From the IMG/VR virus record IMGVR_UViG_2690316346_000011: a stretch of DNA of 6,871 nt; one strand, given 5' to 3'. This DNA is from a virus (Duplodnaviria; Heunggongvirae; Uroviricota; Caudoviricetes). The first letter of the stretch is position 1. The number at the start of each line of letters is the position of its first letter. The position numbers were made by a program, and so were the translations under genes. The notes under the pieces are model-generated. The model saw only the letters and a list, made by a program, of their open reading frames with translations. It was not told the origin of the DNA and did not search any database. Below, in pieces: positions 6,031-6,871 of the stretch.

Positions 6031-6717
6031 TCACTCCTTCTCTTCTTTACCGTAGTGGAGTTGACCAATTTTGATAAGAGGGCGTCCCTGAGATTTGCGG
6101 TGTAGATTGGTATCGCGCAGAGAATACACACAGCCACAATATTCCTGCTGATAGAATTTTTCGCGCTTGCTGATTTCAATCATACGGGACGAGCCGCCCT
6201 GCTTGCGCCAGTTATAATCCCAGTACACCATGCCCGGATAATGCGCGACGGCTCGCCGCCCACAGTCGTTAACCTGCTGCATATTTTTCCAGCGTGAAAT
6301 GCCCAGTGAACTGCTGATCACACTGAAACCATTTTCAGCGGCGTACAGCGCTGTCCGCTCAAAACGCATGTCAAAACACATGGTGCAACGGATCCCTCGT
6401 TCGGGCTCCCATTCCATTCCTTTGGCTCGTTCAAACCAGTTGTCTGTGTCGTAATCAGCATCAATAAACGGCACGCCGTGTTGTTCAGCAAAGCGAATAT
6501 TCTCATCCTTACGAATTAAATACTCTTTCTGAGGATGAATGTTCGGGTTGTAGAAAAAGATGGTGTAGTCGATTCCCGAGGCCTGAAGCGCCTCCATCAC
6601 CTCACCGGAACATGGAGCACAGCAAGAGTGCAGTAGTAGTTTGTTTGCCCCGTTTGGGAGCTCCAATTTGGGCCGTTTGAAATCAGCAACTGTCATAAAT
6701 ATGTTTATTGGGGTCAT
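6031..6717 (-). CDS. queH: QueH-like protein (DUF208 epoxyqueuosine reductase family, 228 aa)
   Basis: Translation carries the family signatures as I recall them: [11 protein letters not shown] near the N-terminus, [19 protein letters not shown] and YCGCVYS (Cys ligand pattern of the QueH Fe-S site). Neither candidate ATG (6717, 6696) has a good Shine-Dalgarno, so the start is uncertain. Confidence 0.75.
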   Translation of the reverse strand: MTPINIFMTVADFKRPKLELPNGANKLLLHSCCAPCSGEVMEALQASGIDYTIFFYNPNIHPQKEYLIRKDENIRFAEQHGVPFIDADYDTDNWFERAKGMEWEPERGIRCTMCFDMRFERTALYAAENGFSVISSSLGISRWKNMQQVNDCGRRAVAHYPGMVYWDYNWRKQGGSSRMIEISKREKFYQQEYCGCVYSLRDTNLHRKSQGRPLIKIGQLHYGKEEKE

Positions 6718-6820
6718 AAAAATATCAAAGAGTGTAGCATTAGAACGGGGCTATCGGAAACAGATGTGTGACTGCTCCCCGCCCTTTCGGGTGGTCTCCT
6801 GATGATTTGAGGGTGCAGAA

Positions 6821-6871
6821 TGAGGTGTACTGGCAATAGCGGACACTACCATTTGTTCTTTTTTTAAGCAG
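6821..6871 (-). mobile_element. Terminus of a second IS600-like (IS3-family) copy, inverted; the element continues beyond the window
   Basis: TGAGGTGTACTGGCAATAGCGGACACTACC... begins with the TG terminus and is the exact reverse complement of 4715-4765, including the orfB stop region. Confidence 0.8.

Noticed and set aside
6318-6506. 62-aa minus-strand ORF inside the queH-like gene
   Set aside because: Alternative frame within a well-supported CDS.
1-6871. CRISPR arrays, tRNA or rRNA genes
   Set aside because: No short direct repeats with regular spacers and no tRNA-like or rRNA-like sequence seen anywhere in the window.

Overview
This window reads as enterobacterial (E. coli/Shigella-type) accessory DNA: a decayed lambdoid-prophage late-regulatory region broken up by insertion sequences. 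All calls rest on reading the sequence and the supplied ORF track plus recalled family signatures; no searches were run. On the minus strand, 36-1862 holds a tightly coupled operon (70-aa ORF, DUF1367-like, DUF1364/YbcO-like, Q-antiterminator-like) ending in an intrinsic terminator. Upstream it is cut by a pile-up of a complete IS1 (1914-2681), a 78-bp orphan segment, a complete inverted IS2 (2760-4090) and the 3' 675 bp of an IS3-family (IS600-like) element (4091-4765); none of these junctions shows a target-site duplication. Beyond that lies a second, divergent partial copy of the same module (DUF1367 5' fragment, paralogous 95-aa ORF), then an apparently intact hok-type type I toxin locus and a QueH-like (DUF208) gene, ending at another, inverted IS600-like terminus (6821-6871). 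The most interesting candidates are the prophage-borne QueH-like gene in the slot next to hok, the hok locus itself, and the 2-kb hok/queH block bracketed by inverted IS600-like ends. Nothing here is demonstrably a new system; these are the places worth a second look.
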